A stretch of DNA of 63,972 nt, counting the filler, from Diploschistes diacapsis (Eukaryota), in NCBI GenBank assembly GCA_023645945.1. It is 5 parts of 5 records of this genome, joined end to end, with 100 filler letters (N's around TTAATTAATTAA, not from the genome) between each part and the next. Parts side by side here need not be neighbours in the genome. Positions count along the whole stretch, not along the records: positions 1 to 13,146 come from JALAIB010000685.1; 4 more parts are not named here. One strand, given 5' to 3'. The notes below the pieces were generated by a model. That model was given only the letters and a program-made list of their open reading frames with translations, did no database searches and was not told the origin of the DNA. The position numbers were made by a program, and so were the translations under genes. This document shows positions 1-13,246 of the stretch, piece after piece. The first letter of the stretch is position 1. Each line of letters begins with the position of its first letter.

Positions 1-129
1 GGTGCGAGGAGAGGATTGGGGCATGGGTCGGGCGAGGATTGGATAGGGAATGTGCTGGGTGGGAGGAGACGAGAATCGTGCCGTGCGGTCAGTCCGGACG
101 TGAAGCGAGAGCTGTACCTGCTTCAGTGA
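1..129 (+). CDS. Possible 3' end of a gene truncated by the window start (...DWIGNVLGGRRRESCRAVSPDVKRELYLLQ*)
   Basis: Open frame 1 from base 1 to TGA at 127-129 with G-rich, coding-like codons. Product not identifiable. Confidence 0.25.
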   Translation, partial: GARRGLGHGSGEDWIGNVLGGRRRESCRAVSPDVKRELYLLQ

Positions 130-799
130 AGTTCGGGAGGGCTCCAGATGTCGAGACGAGGATGGAACCGTAACCGGTGATTGGATGGTAGGAAAGGCGT
201 GGGATAATACAGGACGCGTACTTCCATGTGCCGTACATACATATATATATATAGTATATCTAGGAGCATGCCGAGCGCACTGTAGCTGATTACCAACACG
301 CCGGCTATGCACGTGTATCCAAAAAGCCTATCTCTTCGCTGCTTTCCTTGGAGCGTGGCAATTGCTCTTGTAAAGCCTTTGAAAGGGCTTGTTCCCCCCC
401 CCCCCTTTCACAACAGCCCAGGACTGCAGCATGCCGCATTGACCCGGCTTCAGCGCATCTATCCTGTCAAATCGACTCCTGTATTCTACGTGTAGGAATA
501 TATACCGTGATCTCTCTCTCGAAGGTAACCGGAAGCAGGACCCTCAAATGTGGCACAAAGAGCTATGAGACGATACGTCGGTGAATACTTATGATTCCCC
601 TTCCAAACGACGCCACCGATGCTATTACAGGACAAGCTTGCTAATATCCCCGTCGACACAGTCCGTGTTGAACAACCCGACAAGACGCTCAATAGCTGAT
701 AATCATTCCCAATAAAAGAAAAAGAACAAGCAATGCTGATCTGCACTCCTTTCCCTCCAATCCCATCTCGACGTGTCGGGCCACCCGCTAACGCAGCCC

Positions 800-3078
800 C
801 TACTCCCCCTCTATAACGCGGATGCTCTTCCCTACCCCTCCCCTGCTCCTCGCCCCCTTGACGGTCCTCACAACATTCCGCCTGACGCTCTTCGAATCCA
901 CGCGGATGGTACTGCCCTGGCTCTTCGGTCTCGCCGCCGCGGCCGTCGCGGCCACGGCAGCCCCCTTCTTGATCGTGCGGCTCCTGAACCTGACCGTCGT
1001 CGTCTTGCCCTTCACCCGCGTCCTGTTCAGCTGCCGCAGGGACCGATCCGAGACTCTTTTCGCCGCCTTCGCCTTGTCGGTCGCGGACGCCGCGGCGCTC
1101 ACCTGGGCGAGGCCTGCTCTGGCCTGGGCCGAGACGGACTGGACGGCCTTCCTGACGCTCTTCGGGACCGCGATCTTGCGCTTCTTGTTGGAGACGGCGT
1201 CTGCGACGTCTTCCATCGCTTGCTGGAGTTTGCGCTTGGCGCTGCCGCTTTCGGTTAGCGGGTTGAGGGCGTCCTTGAGCTCCCGTTCTTTGGGCCGGGG
1301 CCCGAGGACGCCGCGGCAGTTGGCGGCGCCGCACCGGCATTCTTGGATATTCTTGGTCGAGAAGGGACTTTGGTTGTCAGCTTTGCACCCAACGAAGAGA
1401 TTGCTGTCGGACTCACTCGAAGTTGTAGTCGTACGTCAGCTCCTCTCCGGTCATGATGCCCTTGTCGCCGGCGAAAAGAGCCATTCTGGGCTTGCCGGCA
1501 ACTGTCCATTTGACCATCTCGCAGTTCGGCTCGCACGAATGGTTAACAAAGCGAGCTATCGAGCCGCGTGTGGCGTCGATGATCATGTTCTGGTCGAAGA
1601 CCATGAGGTAAAAGCACTGGATCTTCTTCAGCTTTCTCTCGCGCTGTACGCCTCTTGATTACGTACCTCGTTGTCCTTGTACCGCTTCCGCATCCTGTCG
1701 TCACACTCGTCCTGCGTGATAATCTCCCCGGTGTACTCTACGATGATCTGATGGGGTTCGAAGGTCCGATTGCTGCGAACCCCATACCCACGATCAGCAG
1801 TCTTGATGACCTCGACGCCAAAGTTATATTTTCCGCCCGCCTTGTGACGCTTCCTGAGATCCTCAAAGGCTCGGTTTCTGCAGTACTCGGCTCCAACGTT
1901 GCAGTTCATGCTGTCACATTCGTAGAACATGAAGCGGTTGAAGCAATGCTCGTCACAGCCTGTGTCGTGCGTGCAAATGCACGTTGAAAGCTCAAGCTTC
2001 TTGGTCTTCTTCCAGATATCGCCGGCATCCCCAACAAACACATCTGCAAAGACATTAGCACTGCTGCTGATTACTATTTTCCTGACCACTCACTTTTTTG
2101 AGTCTTTCGCCACTCCTCGGGCTTCGGCTGTCCTGGTGGTAGAGGAGAGAAAATATCGAATGGCAGACGGAAGTTTCGCCCGTTTTCAACGATTCTCTTG
2201 CCGGCGAACATGGGCATGGGCAATATTTTCCGCTGCTTCGGTGTGTTGCTGCCGGCATTGGCTCGCTTCTGCTTATTTTTTGCGTTGGTAAGCCGTGGGT
2301 CAAAGTCGGGATCCTGGCCAACATAGAGCCCTTGTGAAAGCCACTTCTTGCTGAGCGGTTTCGCAACAGGCTTGCGAACGATACCTTGCTCCGCGGAGGC
2401 ATCCTCCCTCGCGGCTGCTTTGGCGAGCTTGACTCTCTTGCTGGGTGTCAACTCGGGATTGTTGGTCTCGGAGCTCGCTTCTGTTCTTGGTCTGAGGCTT
2501 TTGCGTCCGCCTAATTCTTGCAGCTTGCTCAGACCTGCTCCCATTGCATATCTGCTCCTCTTCCCAAGAACGCTCGCTGTTTTTTGAACCACACTGGAAG
2601 CGACTGCAATCGTGTCTTTCCCAAGATCCAAGCGTGACTTCGATTTTCTGGCGCCGGCTGGCAGCCTCAGGTCATCCCCCGGTAAGGCGTCGACCGTCCA
2701 GTCCAAATTGAGCACCTGTATGCCATCCTCGACGAGCTGCTGTACCTCTTCACGCACCCCTAGCACGACAGTCTCCTCGGAGTCATGCTTCGTCGGAACT
2801 GTGAGGTATTTTCTCCGAACAGGAGTCTTTCTGGTCCCTGCTAGTACGCTCTCGTTGTAGTTGACCAAAGATCGACGCGAACGCCGGGCGCGTCCACTGC
2901 CCAAAGCATCTTTGCTGTCCTTCTCACCGATTGCGGAAGACGGGCTTCCCGCGTCGTTTATACTCGTTGGAGGCGTAGAGGAGTCAGCTACCGAAGAGTT
3001 CAGAGCGTCGTTCTTCAACATGATGCACGACAGAGTCGAAGTAGAAGACGCTGAGCGCTTGATGCCAAAGCGACTCAT
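800..3078 (-). CDS. ash1: ASH1-like histone H3K36 methyltransferase (AWS-SET-postSET), 4 exons
   Basis: AWS cysteines (CICTHDTGCDEHCFNR...ECD..NC..G.EYCRN), SET motifs RGYGV, EYTGE, ARFVNHSCEPNC, GEELTYDYNF, and post-SET CRCGAANCRG. Introns ~2044-2093, 1617-1666 and ~1368-1416 splice into the 800-1216 frame. No Set2-type WW/SRI domains seen. Confidence 0.88.
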
Positions 3079-3639
3079 ACTGTGATGATTTGCGAGCACT
3101 TTAGTAGGGAGTTCTAAGCGGCACAGGACAACTCGAGGCCGCGAAGTCGCGTCAATACCAAGTGTTGGGTTTCGCGAATTTTAAAGGAACTGACGCCCGA
3201 CGCACGCAGAGGATGTGAGAGCTGGCAAGTACGACGAGTAGTAACTCAAAGTATGCGAATAAGACACAAAAATAAGTCGATAGTTGCTACCAGCGAAGAA
3301 GATATGAACAATTCACACAAAGTGCAGGAGCAATATTTACATATAGGTGGTAGAGTGCTCGACGAACCGAGCGTTATATCAACAGTAGCCGCAAACTCCG
3401 CCAATGAAAGTCCACCTTGAAGCCAAGGCATTCTTCCTGTGTCTTCAGCAACTCCAATTGTGTTGTCCTGGTCCTTGTTGATGTTTCGAGATTAATAGAT
3501 TTTGGTTAACATAGATAGTATGTACATTTATCAAAAAGCCGCTGAACCTCTTGCTTCCCACCCTTGGCTGAGTATGATAATAGAACGCAATTGCTCTGGT
3601 GTCGAGTAGCTCAAGTCGATATACAAAATAAATGCTTAT

Positions 3640-5577
3640 TTAAGGAGGCGCCTGTCGGTTGGCCCGGCCTGCAGGACCTCGGAATGTGGAAACATTTCCA
3701 GTAAGCTTGTGCATTTCCATACCACCGCCTTGTTGTTCTGGTACAAGCGGAGCTTCTCTCTTACCCTTTCGTGTACCAAATCTCGGATCACCTTCGATGT
3801 ATTTATCTTTGAACCGGAGATAGGTTGGCGGCCGCTCTCGCAGAAGCACAACACGTAGATTCATGAACCAGCTGCCGTGGTCAAATGGTCTGTGTCTGTC
3901 TTTCTTGAGGAAGTTATGGGAGTTGAGGTATTCCCGAGTAGTCTCCGCTCTACCAGTCAAAAACAAGTGATAGGCGACAAGACATATCGGATACGGAACG
4001 ACTAGGAGGCCATAGATGAACATGGCGAATGCAACTTGGTTTTGACTGATCGACTCGCCAAAAGAAAGATCCAGAGTCGCAGCGAAGTTGAGACACAGTC
4101 CCAAGCTGACGAAAGTCAAGAAAATGCCCAAGAGAGTCCCTGAAGTTACAAAAGCAAAGAAGTAGCGGTAATTTCGACGCCCAACACAATTATTGAGCCA
4201 GACACAATGATGGTCCTGAGTCTCTACACAATTATCGCATATGCGGCAATGGTGTGCACGAGGAGGTCTCCAGACGTTGCAGGTCTTGCAGTATTTGGTA
4301 GGAACATCCATGGCGGAATTCTTGTTGCCGGGAGTTTTGATCATAGTCCACTGAGTCGTTGGGGGACCCAAGGCTAAGGGATCGTCGCTCTCGACGGGCG
4401 GATGTGGGTGTAGGTTGCGAGGTAGTATCTAAGTATCGTCAGCGCCTCGACATATTCCCAATACACGATACGCCTTACTCCTGGATCTGTAATGGAAGCA
4501 TGAAGAAAAGATGATATGCACAAGAAAGAAAAATATGCGAATACAACTGGTATGGCTGGAGATACATTGTACCAAAGGTAAGGCGCCCTGTATATGCAGT
4601 CAGTTGAGTGAGACTGGTTTTTATCAAACGACGTACTCGAATACGAAGAAGAGAACAACCGGCACAACTATCAAGACTCCAGATAAGACGTTAATGGGCC
4701 TATGACGGGTATTCTGTAGTCGCCCTCCCCAGCAAAACGCGGTGTTGCCCGAGAAGTATTCGTAATTTCTGCCCCTTGTACTCGGTTTTGGGGGAACCTT
4801 TTCTCGGAGCTGTGGCGAGCTCGTGTCGTTAGAAGATCTCTCATGATTGGAGGAAGGCGATTGAGCCAGGGCTGGAAAGTCTTTCGGATATCGGGAAAAA
4901 TTCGCTTGAAATGCTGACGCTGCTTTGGTTCCATTTGTCCCATTTTGCGGAGGAGGAAGGGCACCTTGAAGGAGACTTGTGCTTTCAGCCGTACTTTGTA
5001 TTGTCCCATTCCCCATATGCGATGTTGCTCGATCTCGGATATCAGCATCTGTAAACTCCGAGCCTCTCGATGAGGGCCGAGCCATATATTCTCGACGTCT
5101 CGGTGAAGTTTGTGAAGCAGTCTTAATTGACTCGATGCTCCGCCTCTCCATTGTAGTGGAAGAGAGTCGTGAGGACGCTTGGGTTCCAGTATTGGGCCTC
5201 GGGGTCCTTTGCGCCTGCAGTCTTTGAGAGCTCATCGGGCGAAAGAAGGCGTGAGATGTAACTGAAGGGGCATGTGTAATGCTGTTACGGTTCTGTAGAT
5301 CATTGACTCTGTTGGAATTTGCCATGGACAGACCCGGTCCACCGAACCCTCGTCGCGTGCTGCTACGCTTCGAGTAGAAGCTCGACGGAGGCGATGATGG
5401 TCTGTTCGATCCAGCTACCGACTTCTTTGGGGGTTTGCTCTGCAACTTCTTTGCAGCCGCCCCTTCGGGATAGTACTCGTCTGCATCTTCAGATGCTACG
5501 TCAGTCATCCGAGATGATTGAACCGAGGGGGCGGCGAAGTTCGTTGGGTAAGTTGTGTTTCCATCTCCTTGATCCAT
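3640..5577 (-). CDS. ERF2: DHHC palmitoyltransferase (Erf2 type), spliced
   Basis: KYCKTCNVWRPPRAHHCRICDNCVETQDHHCVWLNNCVGRRNYRYF domain, TTREYL motif, TM segments, long Ser-rich N-terminus and RNYEYFSGNT..CWGGR motif typical of fungal Erf2. Two short introns near 4430-4480 and 4590-4635. Confidence 0.92.
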
Positions 5578-6185
5578 TGAATTGCGCTCCTGATATCTTC
5601 AGACCTTCCTAGAATCCTCCTATGTCTGCAGAGCGAGAACACTGAGCTTCAACAGGCCATATTATGGGTCATGAAGTAAAGGTAGACGAAGCGGTGATTA
5701 ATGTTAGAGAGTGCGCGCTTTTCATAGCTGAGGGGCGACCACGAATAAGCCGAGTGAGAGCTGAAGAGACAGTGAATGAAATGGAAAGAAAAGATTATGT
5801 ATCAAGATTGTTAGACACGTAGCAAGAGATTTCAGAGGTTTCGAGTCGTGAGTTCGTAACTGTGCCTGGCCTCGAGACAGGAGAAGGGGCTGAAGCCCAA
5901 AAAAAGACACTGGAAATCTTACCAAGCCTTCGTCATACAACTTCTGCAAAATTGAGAGATTATTGATTCGGACCGATCCGGGCCGAAGAAACCCATTCAA
6001 AGAGCCGAGATGGTGCGCTAACCCGCATTCGAACATGCAGAATCTCGGCACTCCAAGAACGTCACCTCACTTACACTTAGTACTACTACCTTTTGGTATA
6101 GTACCGTGACAAAAGATACCTACCTACTGTCTCCAGCGCGGCAAGCTCAGATCTCCAAGCTCAAAGCACAACACATAATAGCAAT

Positions 6186-6815
6186 ATGCCCACCATGCTC
6201 TCACGGCTAGCCTCTCAGTCCGCACGCCGCACGGTCGGTGGCTATGGTCGATTGCAGCCTCGATTTGCGACCACGATATCATCAGCGGAAGGCCCAGACA
6301 CATCGAAGGAGGGTACGGTACTACAGAAGGGCGCGAAGCGAGATCCTGAGCTCTACGTACGTCGGCAGAAAAGTGCTCACCGAGGAGACTACCGTTGACA
6401 AGAATCTCGACAGGTCCTGCTAGCCGTTATGACAGGCGCCTTTGGTTTGGCCGGATGGTACTTTGGTGGGATCTCAACGATTCAACTATATCTCTAGTGT
6501 GCCAATCTGACAGCGAAACAGGTCGGAAGCCCACGTCAGCCTCCTCCGAATCCAAAGTCCCCCTCACTGAGCGTGCCATGCCTTGGCAGACCGAAGGCAA
6601 CGACAGCTCAAAGGACTTTAAATATCAATATCACCCTGGCGGAGACTCTTCCAAGGCACCCAAAGACGCTCCAAGTGCATTGAACACCGTTATTGTACCA
6701 AACGTCACCCTCCCAAAGGTATAGCTGCCGACCTTGATATTTGCTGAATAATGCTAACGGGTTACGATAGTCCATGCACGACAGGTGGAACAAGTGGGGC
6801 AAGGACGGTTACTGA
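6186..6815 (+). CDS. Small (154 aa) single-TM fungal protein with likely mitochondrial presequence, 4 exons
   Basis: Exons 6186-6356, 6414-6465, 6522-6718 and 6771-6815 with GT-AG introns give MPTMLSRLASQSARR...KGAKRDPELYVLLAVMTGAFGLAGWYFGRKP...YQYHPGGD...PSALNTVIVPNVTLPKSMHDRWNKWGKDGY*. Confidence 0.85.
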
Positions 6816-7045
6816 TAGATGTTTTTAGGCGGACAAGTGGAGGGTAAAAGAGTGTAGGCTAGATCAAGTGACAGCCTAGTTAGCGGTTACGAGGACTAAG
6901 TGCCATTGGCATCAAGCGCGTTGAATGTATCGCAAACTGAATTTATAGCATTGCTCTACCGTATACGGAAAATTGTTCATTAATCCCTAATGCGCTCCCT
7001 GAATAGTTAATCGTACTTTTACAACACAAACTTATCAAAAAAGTT

Positions 7046-10013
7046 TCATATGGCCTGTTTCGTTGCTTCCTTTGCCTCACTTGCTGGCTTTGGCTTGCCT
7101 GAATCTGATTGCTCCACAGACTTCTCCTTCTCCACATCCGCTTGGGGAGGGAAGCTGGGAGGCGAGTCTCGACCCTCATAGTCGGGCAAGCCACTTGTGC
7201 CGGGCTCGGCGTCGGGGTGTGGAGGAGCGACGCCATCCCCTCTAAACACAACACGGCCCTCAGAGTCCAGCACCTGGGTTCTAGTTTCATACTTGGTCGA
7301 GAAAGAGACCTTGCCTTCCATTTCCTTGACTTGGGCTTCATCGAGCAGCTTGCCATTTTGGTCACGGTACTCGACCTTCTCTTCACGAATCACGTTGTCC
7401 GGTTGCTGCTGTGAGCCTTGTGGGGTGACGGCCTCTTTAGCCTTGCTGTTTGCGTCAAGGTCCATTGGTGGAACAACCGGCGAGTGAGCAGATGCAGCAA
7501 CGCTAGTGTTGTATCCTATCATGTCAGAGTAATCGCTGAGCTGCGGGCTCGTCAGCAGTTAGCCTGTTAGTAGATAGTTTCAACTCACATGCTCATGGAA
7601 AGTATTGCAGTCCCAGTCCCAAGTATTGAAAAGCTTGACGCTATTGCAAGCACCTCGGGTCCATGCGTTGCCGTAAGCTAAGGGAGCGTACAGAGTGAAA
7701 GAGGCCACACTCAGAGCGAGGAATATTCCCATCAGCCCCAGGCCAATCGTAGGCCTCTCCCTAAGACCAAGGCTCCGTATCCTGTTTAGCACGAAATCGT
7801 AGATTTGGCAAAGTGCTAGAATAGCGAAGTAGAGGGCAGGGAAGTAGTGGTGAAGGAACAGCTGGCGTGACATCAGGAAGAAAGGAAAGTAGTGCAATGC
7901 CCATCCAAGAACATTCGTTCCAATCTCGTAATCGAAGCGTTTGAAGTTGACATCCTCATAGTCCTTGAAGCCACGTTGCCATCTTAAAACAGAGATAGCT
8001 TTGAAAGTGAGATAGGTCAAGATTGCGACAGTTGAAGACCACCAAATAATAGGATTTCCAATGAGGTAAATTTGACGATTGTTCCTACCCCAAAAATTGA
8101 TTCCTCTACGGAGGATAGGCCAAGACGGAGGGCGAGAATCCCAGGCGTGAGAATCGACCAGCCCAGCATTGGTCCGCCACATCACCTGCTGTAGCTCCCA
8201 AAACTTGCCCAGGAAACCCGGGTTACGATAATTGACCTTCTCAGCGTACTGGCCGAGCTTTGGATGCTCGTTGGATTCAACGTACCAAATGCTGTTTGGG
8301 CGGGTTCCCTGCTTTGCACAGGTAACTTCTTGTTGCTCGAAGCCCCAATCTGGTAGCTTCACTTTGTGTGAAAACAAAGCGCATCCACTCATGATGTGGA
8401 TGAGCCTGAACTTGGTCTGGATAGTGCGGACCCGCTTCTTTGCCTCGTCCCCATCCGACATTGATTTGTCAATCTCGACCTTGAACAGATCATTTGCATC
8501 CCCCTCGAATCCAGCGTATCCGTATGCTGAAACTTCGTTTTGCCAGTCCGCTTCAGTGATTGGCGGCCGGACATCGTGCGAATGTAATCGCCTGTCAGTA
8601 ATGCCGTGATATAAACGAATGATGGAGCCATCTTTAATGTGCTCAATCCGATTGTCCCAAGCAAGTGTTCCATTGATGGGCTCCCCATCGACGCCAAGTG
8701 GCTGAGTCTGATTTTCAAGCAGCCAGATGTTGTTATCGTCTTTATGTGGGTAGAGAGTGATCTGCTGCTGCTTGCTGCCAGTAGGGTACATGTGGCTATG
8801 GGAGTGCAGATAGCCCCCTTGAGTGTTGTGATGGCGGAGGGTAATTCGACTGCCCATAATTACGTCGACCGGAACGTCTGTCATAGCTTTGGTGTTAAGA
8901 GTGGCCTGGAACTCGGAGGACATAAAGCCATCGCCCTCGCCTGGGTTGACGAGACAGATGAAGTGAATTCCGAAGAGAGCCATGTAAAAGGCGATCGGAA
9001 TGCAGATGAGACAGAATACTCGAGCGAGAAAATGCTTGAACCACATGCGCTGTTGCGATTCAAATTAGCCAGCGTGCAGGATTGAAGCGGAGGTAAGCAC
9101 CTACCGGTGACACAGTTCTAGTATCTCCGAGCAGCACCCACAGTTGAACAACGGTAAGGCTTCCAACCCACGCGATTGTGAAGAGGCCGACCCATTTGAC
9201 ACTAGCTGTTGCACCAAGACCGAATCCAGTAGCTGTAAGCCAGAACCACCAGCTTGGATCGAATGCTTTGGAAGGCCCCTGCTCATGTTGATTCGTGAAG
9301 CAGGTAAAAGCCAAGGCGGTGAAAGCGGTGCAAACCATGAGCGGAGAGTCTAGGAGAATGAAGCGTGACTGAGTAAGGAGACCGTTTTCTAATTGCAATA
9401 AGCAATGATCTGCTTGGTGTAGAAAGACTATACATACCAAAGATGAGCATTGCAGCACCGAAAGCAGAGGTTGAGGTACGGCACCCAGCCGCTTTGAGTG
9501 TCAAGAACATGATCGGAATGAGCATTACGCCCATTAGGGCGGGAAGCATGCGCATGGCAACATATGGAACACCTGGCTCGAGGTAGTCTTTCCCAATATC
9601 CTTGAAATCAAAATCGCCGTTGAATCCTGCCAGCCATCCAGCCAAAGTGATCAAAAGCTTCGCGAGAGGTGGATGAACATCCATGAAGAATCTTCCTTGG
9701 ATATATTTTGATGCGAAACCGCCGAAGCTGTGAATCTGTTAGCTCAACGGATCTGGGGGGCAGATGGGGCAAGCACTTACTGAACTTCATCGAAGACAAC
9801 GGAGCTTGGCTGATAGATTCGGAAAAGACGAACAGCAAGGGCCAATACTGTCAGACCGGACATGATCTGAAAGTCGGACCCAGGGAGGAGGAAGATATCG
9901 TTATCCGTAACGCCATGAGAAGAGTAGTCAGTTGGCTTGACCTCATTATTGGGATTGGCATGCTGGGGGAATTCAGACACGGCCTTGCGCTTTGAAGCTC
10001 CCCTGGGTGCCAT
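7046..10013 (-). CDS. PMT1: Dolichyl-phosphate-mannose:protein O-mannosyltransferase, PMT1 subfamily, multi-exon
   Basis: SSVVFDEVH, DVHPPLAKLL, SRFILLDS, VKWVGLFT, MIR domains (YLHSHSHMYP, LHSHDVRPP) and RQLFLHHYFPALYF. C-terminal extension EEKVEYRDQNG typical of filamentous-fungal Pmt1. Alternative ATG at 10019. Confidence 0.95.
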
Positions 10014-10690
10014 TATCATCAAAGAGCAGGGCTTGCTCAGTTAATGATTCTATTCTCTGGGTTTGATGTCGGGGAGCGAGCTGTAACGGGAAGGGGCTTG
10101 GGAAAATCAGCGTCAGCTCTCTATGAGCGGAGCGAAGGCAATCAGTTTATCATCCACTTTCCTGAAGGAGTGTAAAAAGAGAAACGTTCGCAAGACTGAT
10201 CTACTGATCTACTGTCTTGCTTACGCAACGAATATCATACCTTCGAAGTCCTTGAGGAGGAGCGTGCATCCAGGGGGAGAGGCCGATGGGAACTTTTTTT
10301 GGATTCCACGCAGCAGCAGCAGCGGTCTACGACCAATCAAAACCAGCCACTAAGCAGCTTGACCCTTTGGCCCCCTTATTGCGCAATGGCCGTGCTTTTT
10401 ATCTCCAGCCCTAAATTTTCATGTGAGTGAAGCTGCATTGAACCTTCATCTCTCTTGTACTCGTCTTACTGTAAAATACCAAGAACACTTTCAAGACTTT
10501 TATTTCGAAGAGCATATTTGATGGCGACCAACCTTTGACTTACTCAAAGATCATGCAATAGCGAGTCAGTGCTGGCGAACTCTAGCCGAAACCCCGAATG
10601 ATCCACGCCTTAGTATCTCTGCAGCCTTCAGAACTTGGTCAACTTTACCCATAACGACACAGAGTCGAACATAATTTGGAAAGGGCCATC

Positions 10691-12281
10691 ATGGCCGCGC
10701 CTGCTGTGAATGGAGAAGTAAGCGCGATCCTAGACCAGGTTAGCAAGCCACCTGATGGAGTTGTTTTACCACCTAAAGATATTCGAGCGATTGTTGAAAC
10801 GACGGCCGGCTATGTTACGCGAAATGGAGCCACTTTTGAGGATCGAATACGTGAGAAGGAGAGAATGAACCCGAAGTTTTCGTTCTTGAGTGCGAACGAT
10901 GCTTACAGCCCATATTACGCCTGGCGGCTCGGTGAAATTCGGCAGGGACGAGGAACAGCTGTATCTGCTGGCCGCGTCGGCGAGGCTCAGGTGTCAGCAG
11001 AACCGGAGAAAGCCAAAGGTCCCGCCCCTCCGCCAGAGTTTCACTTCTCTGCGCGCATGCCTAACATTAGCGCCCAGGACCTCGATGTCGTCAAACTTAC
11101 TGCGCTATTCGTGGCAAAGAATGGAAGATCGTTCATGACTACATTGTCACAGAAGCAGGCTGGCAACTACCAGTTTGATTTCCTGCGACCGCAGCATAGC
11201 CTTCATCAATACTTCAGCCGTCTGGTTGATCAGTATACGGATCTTTTACAGGCCCCCTCAGTTAACGGCGGACGGGTCCAGCAAGGTCGGTTGCAAGAGT
11301 TGGATATCAACATCAAGGACAAGTTCAACGTGCTAGGGCGAGCGAAGCAGCGGGCAGAGTGGGTCAGATTCCAGGCACAACAAAAGCAACGGAAGGAAGA
11401 AGCGGATGAGAAGGAGAAGTTGGAGTACGCGCAGATCGATTGGCACGATTTCGTAGTTGTCGAGACCGTTACTTTCACCGATGCAGACGAGCAAAACGAC
11501 TTTCCAGCACCGACTTCCCTCAACGATCTGCAGTCCGCTTCCCTCGAACAGAAGGCAGCCATGTCCCTCCAACCCGCCAGCATGCGCATCGAAGAAGCAA
11601 TGCCCTCGGGCGACATGGGATACTATGGCTCTGCTGGTCACCAGGACTCCCAGTTCAATGCAGCACCTCCGCCGGCCGTGTCTCCCTTCAATCAGAATGG
11701 CTACAGCATGCCACCGCCTCCACGGCCCGTGGTGGATCAGCAGCCTCCTGCTGGCATGGCTTTGGATGACGATGAAAGCCGTGCAATAGCCGAGCGTAAC
11801 GAGAGCAGGGAACGGGCACAGATGGCACAGGCTGCAGCCAAGGGCGGGCCTGGGCAGCCCATGCGCATACGAAATGATTACGTTCCAAGAGCCAAGGCTA
11901 AGCGGCATAATGTTGCAACGAGCATATGTCCGAACTGCAAACAGCAAATACCGGTGGATGAAATGACTGAGCATCTGCGGAGTAAGTGCCACCATCCCCC
12001 TCGCATCTGGTAAGATTTGCTAACGGTCGACAGTTGAGCTGCTGGATCCACAGTGGAAGGAGCAGCGACAAAAGGCCGACTCACGTGCATACAACCCGGG
12101 CAACGTCGACATTTCGGCCAATCTGAAGCGGCTGGCTAGTCAGAGGACGGATGAAGTGGGGGTGGGTCAGCAGGAAGTAAGCGGCGAGGAGGAAGCGCGG
12201 CGGAAGAGGGCAGCATTGTCGGGCGAAGGCATGGACATCAGCGAGCAAATCCGGTCTATCCACCAGAAATACAAGCAATGA
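10691..12281 (+). CDS. PRP21: Splicing factor 3A subunit 1 (Prp21/Sap114)
   Basis: Two SURP domains (PPKDIRAIVETTAGYV...; DVVKLTALFVAKNG..F), YAQIDWHDFVVVET and CPNCKQQIP..EMTEHLR. An intron at ~11982-12032 continues IELLDPQWKEQR to TGA 12279-12281. Confidence 0.95.
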
Positions 12282-13146
12282 CGAACTCGATTCTGGCATA
12301 CTAGACGCGGTAGCCTATGACGGGTACTGGGTAAAGCCACATGTGGCTCATGCAAAACCTAACAGTGTCTCGGGTGTCGGAACCAAATCACGTCTTCTGT
12401 CTGTTTGAAGTCGGTATGCAGATGTTCGGATGAGCATACCGAAGCTCTCTGGTACGCACCAATCTATCGATTCAGACATGGGCTCTGGGATGCACAAAGT
12501 AGTGGATGAGGCATGGCAACCCTGTTCACCCATATTAGCAGCAAAGTCTGGACCAAGCTGCAGCGGAGTTTCATGGCCTGTGCATGATAACTAGACCAAG
12601 CGTGAGGGCAGGAGGGTCGTTTTGTACGAGAGTGATCAATGGACAAGGACTCAGTGGAGCTCAGGGTTGATACGCCTTCGGACCCGAGTACATCTGCTAG
12701 GACATTGTACAGAGCATCAGCCCGCAACAGATGCTTGGCGGCCCGAGTCCTGAAGCACTGCGGAGTTTCTTCTACGATAGCATAGCGCAGTCGGTTGCAT
12801 GTTGCATGAGGAATACGAAGCGAATCCACGTCTGCAGAAGGCTTGATGGGTCAAAACCTTCAGATAGCACAGGTAAAGCTTTACTTCCACCATTATACTC
12901 TGTAAATCCTTGTTCAGTCCCGTGAAAATGCCTTGCTGTATGAGCAGCATGCGCCTGGCCGACGACGACGATTAAGCAGGATAAGAGTTCAATTGCTGTC
13001 GGGGCACAGCAAGCGTAGGAGGGTGTGAAAATATATATATATACTGTATAACTTGATCAACAGAGGTACGCCGTTAGTTCTGCCGGGGTAAAACGGCGCA
13101 ATACTATGTATGCGAGGGGAATGCGGGCGGGTCCAAAATCAATGCA

Positions 13147-13246
13147 NNNNNNNNNNNNNNNNNNNNNNNNNNNNNNNNNNNNNNNNNNNNTTAATTAATT
13201 AANNNNNNNNNNNNNNNNNNNNNNNNNNNNNNNNNNNNNNNNNNNN
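13147..13246. other. Artificial contig linker
   Basis: N-run + TTAATTAATTAA (stops in all six frames) + N-run, 100 nt. Confidence 0.98.

Noticed and set aside
486..1658. Long overlapping ORFs 486-1340 (-), 773-1258 (+) and 822-1658 (+)
   Set aside because: Alternate-frame or antisense shadows of the GC-rich ash1 last exons. Splice phase and post-SET cysteines select the 800-1216 frame.
13191..13202. TTAATTAATTAA motif recurring every ~13.2 kb as a biological repeat
   Set aside because: Always embedded in N-runs; a standard six-frame-stop linker.
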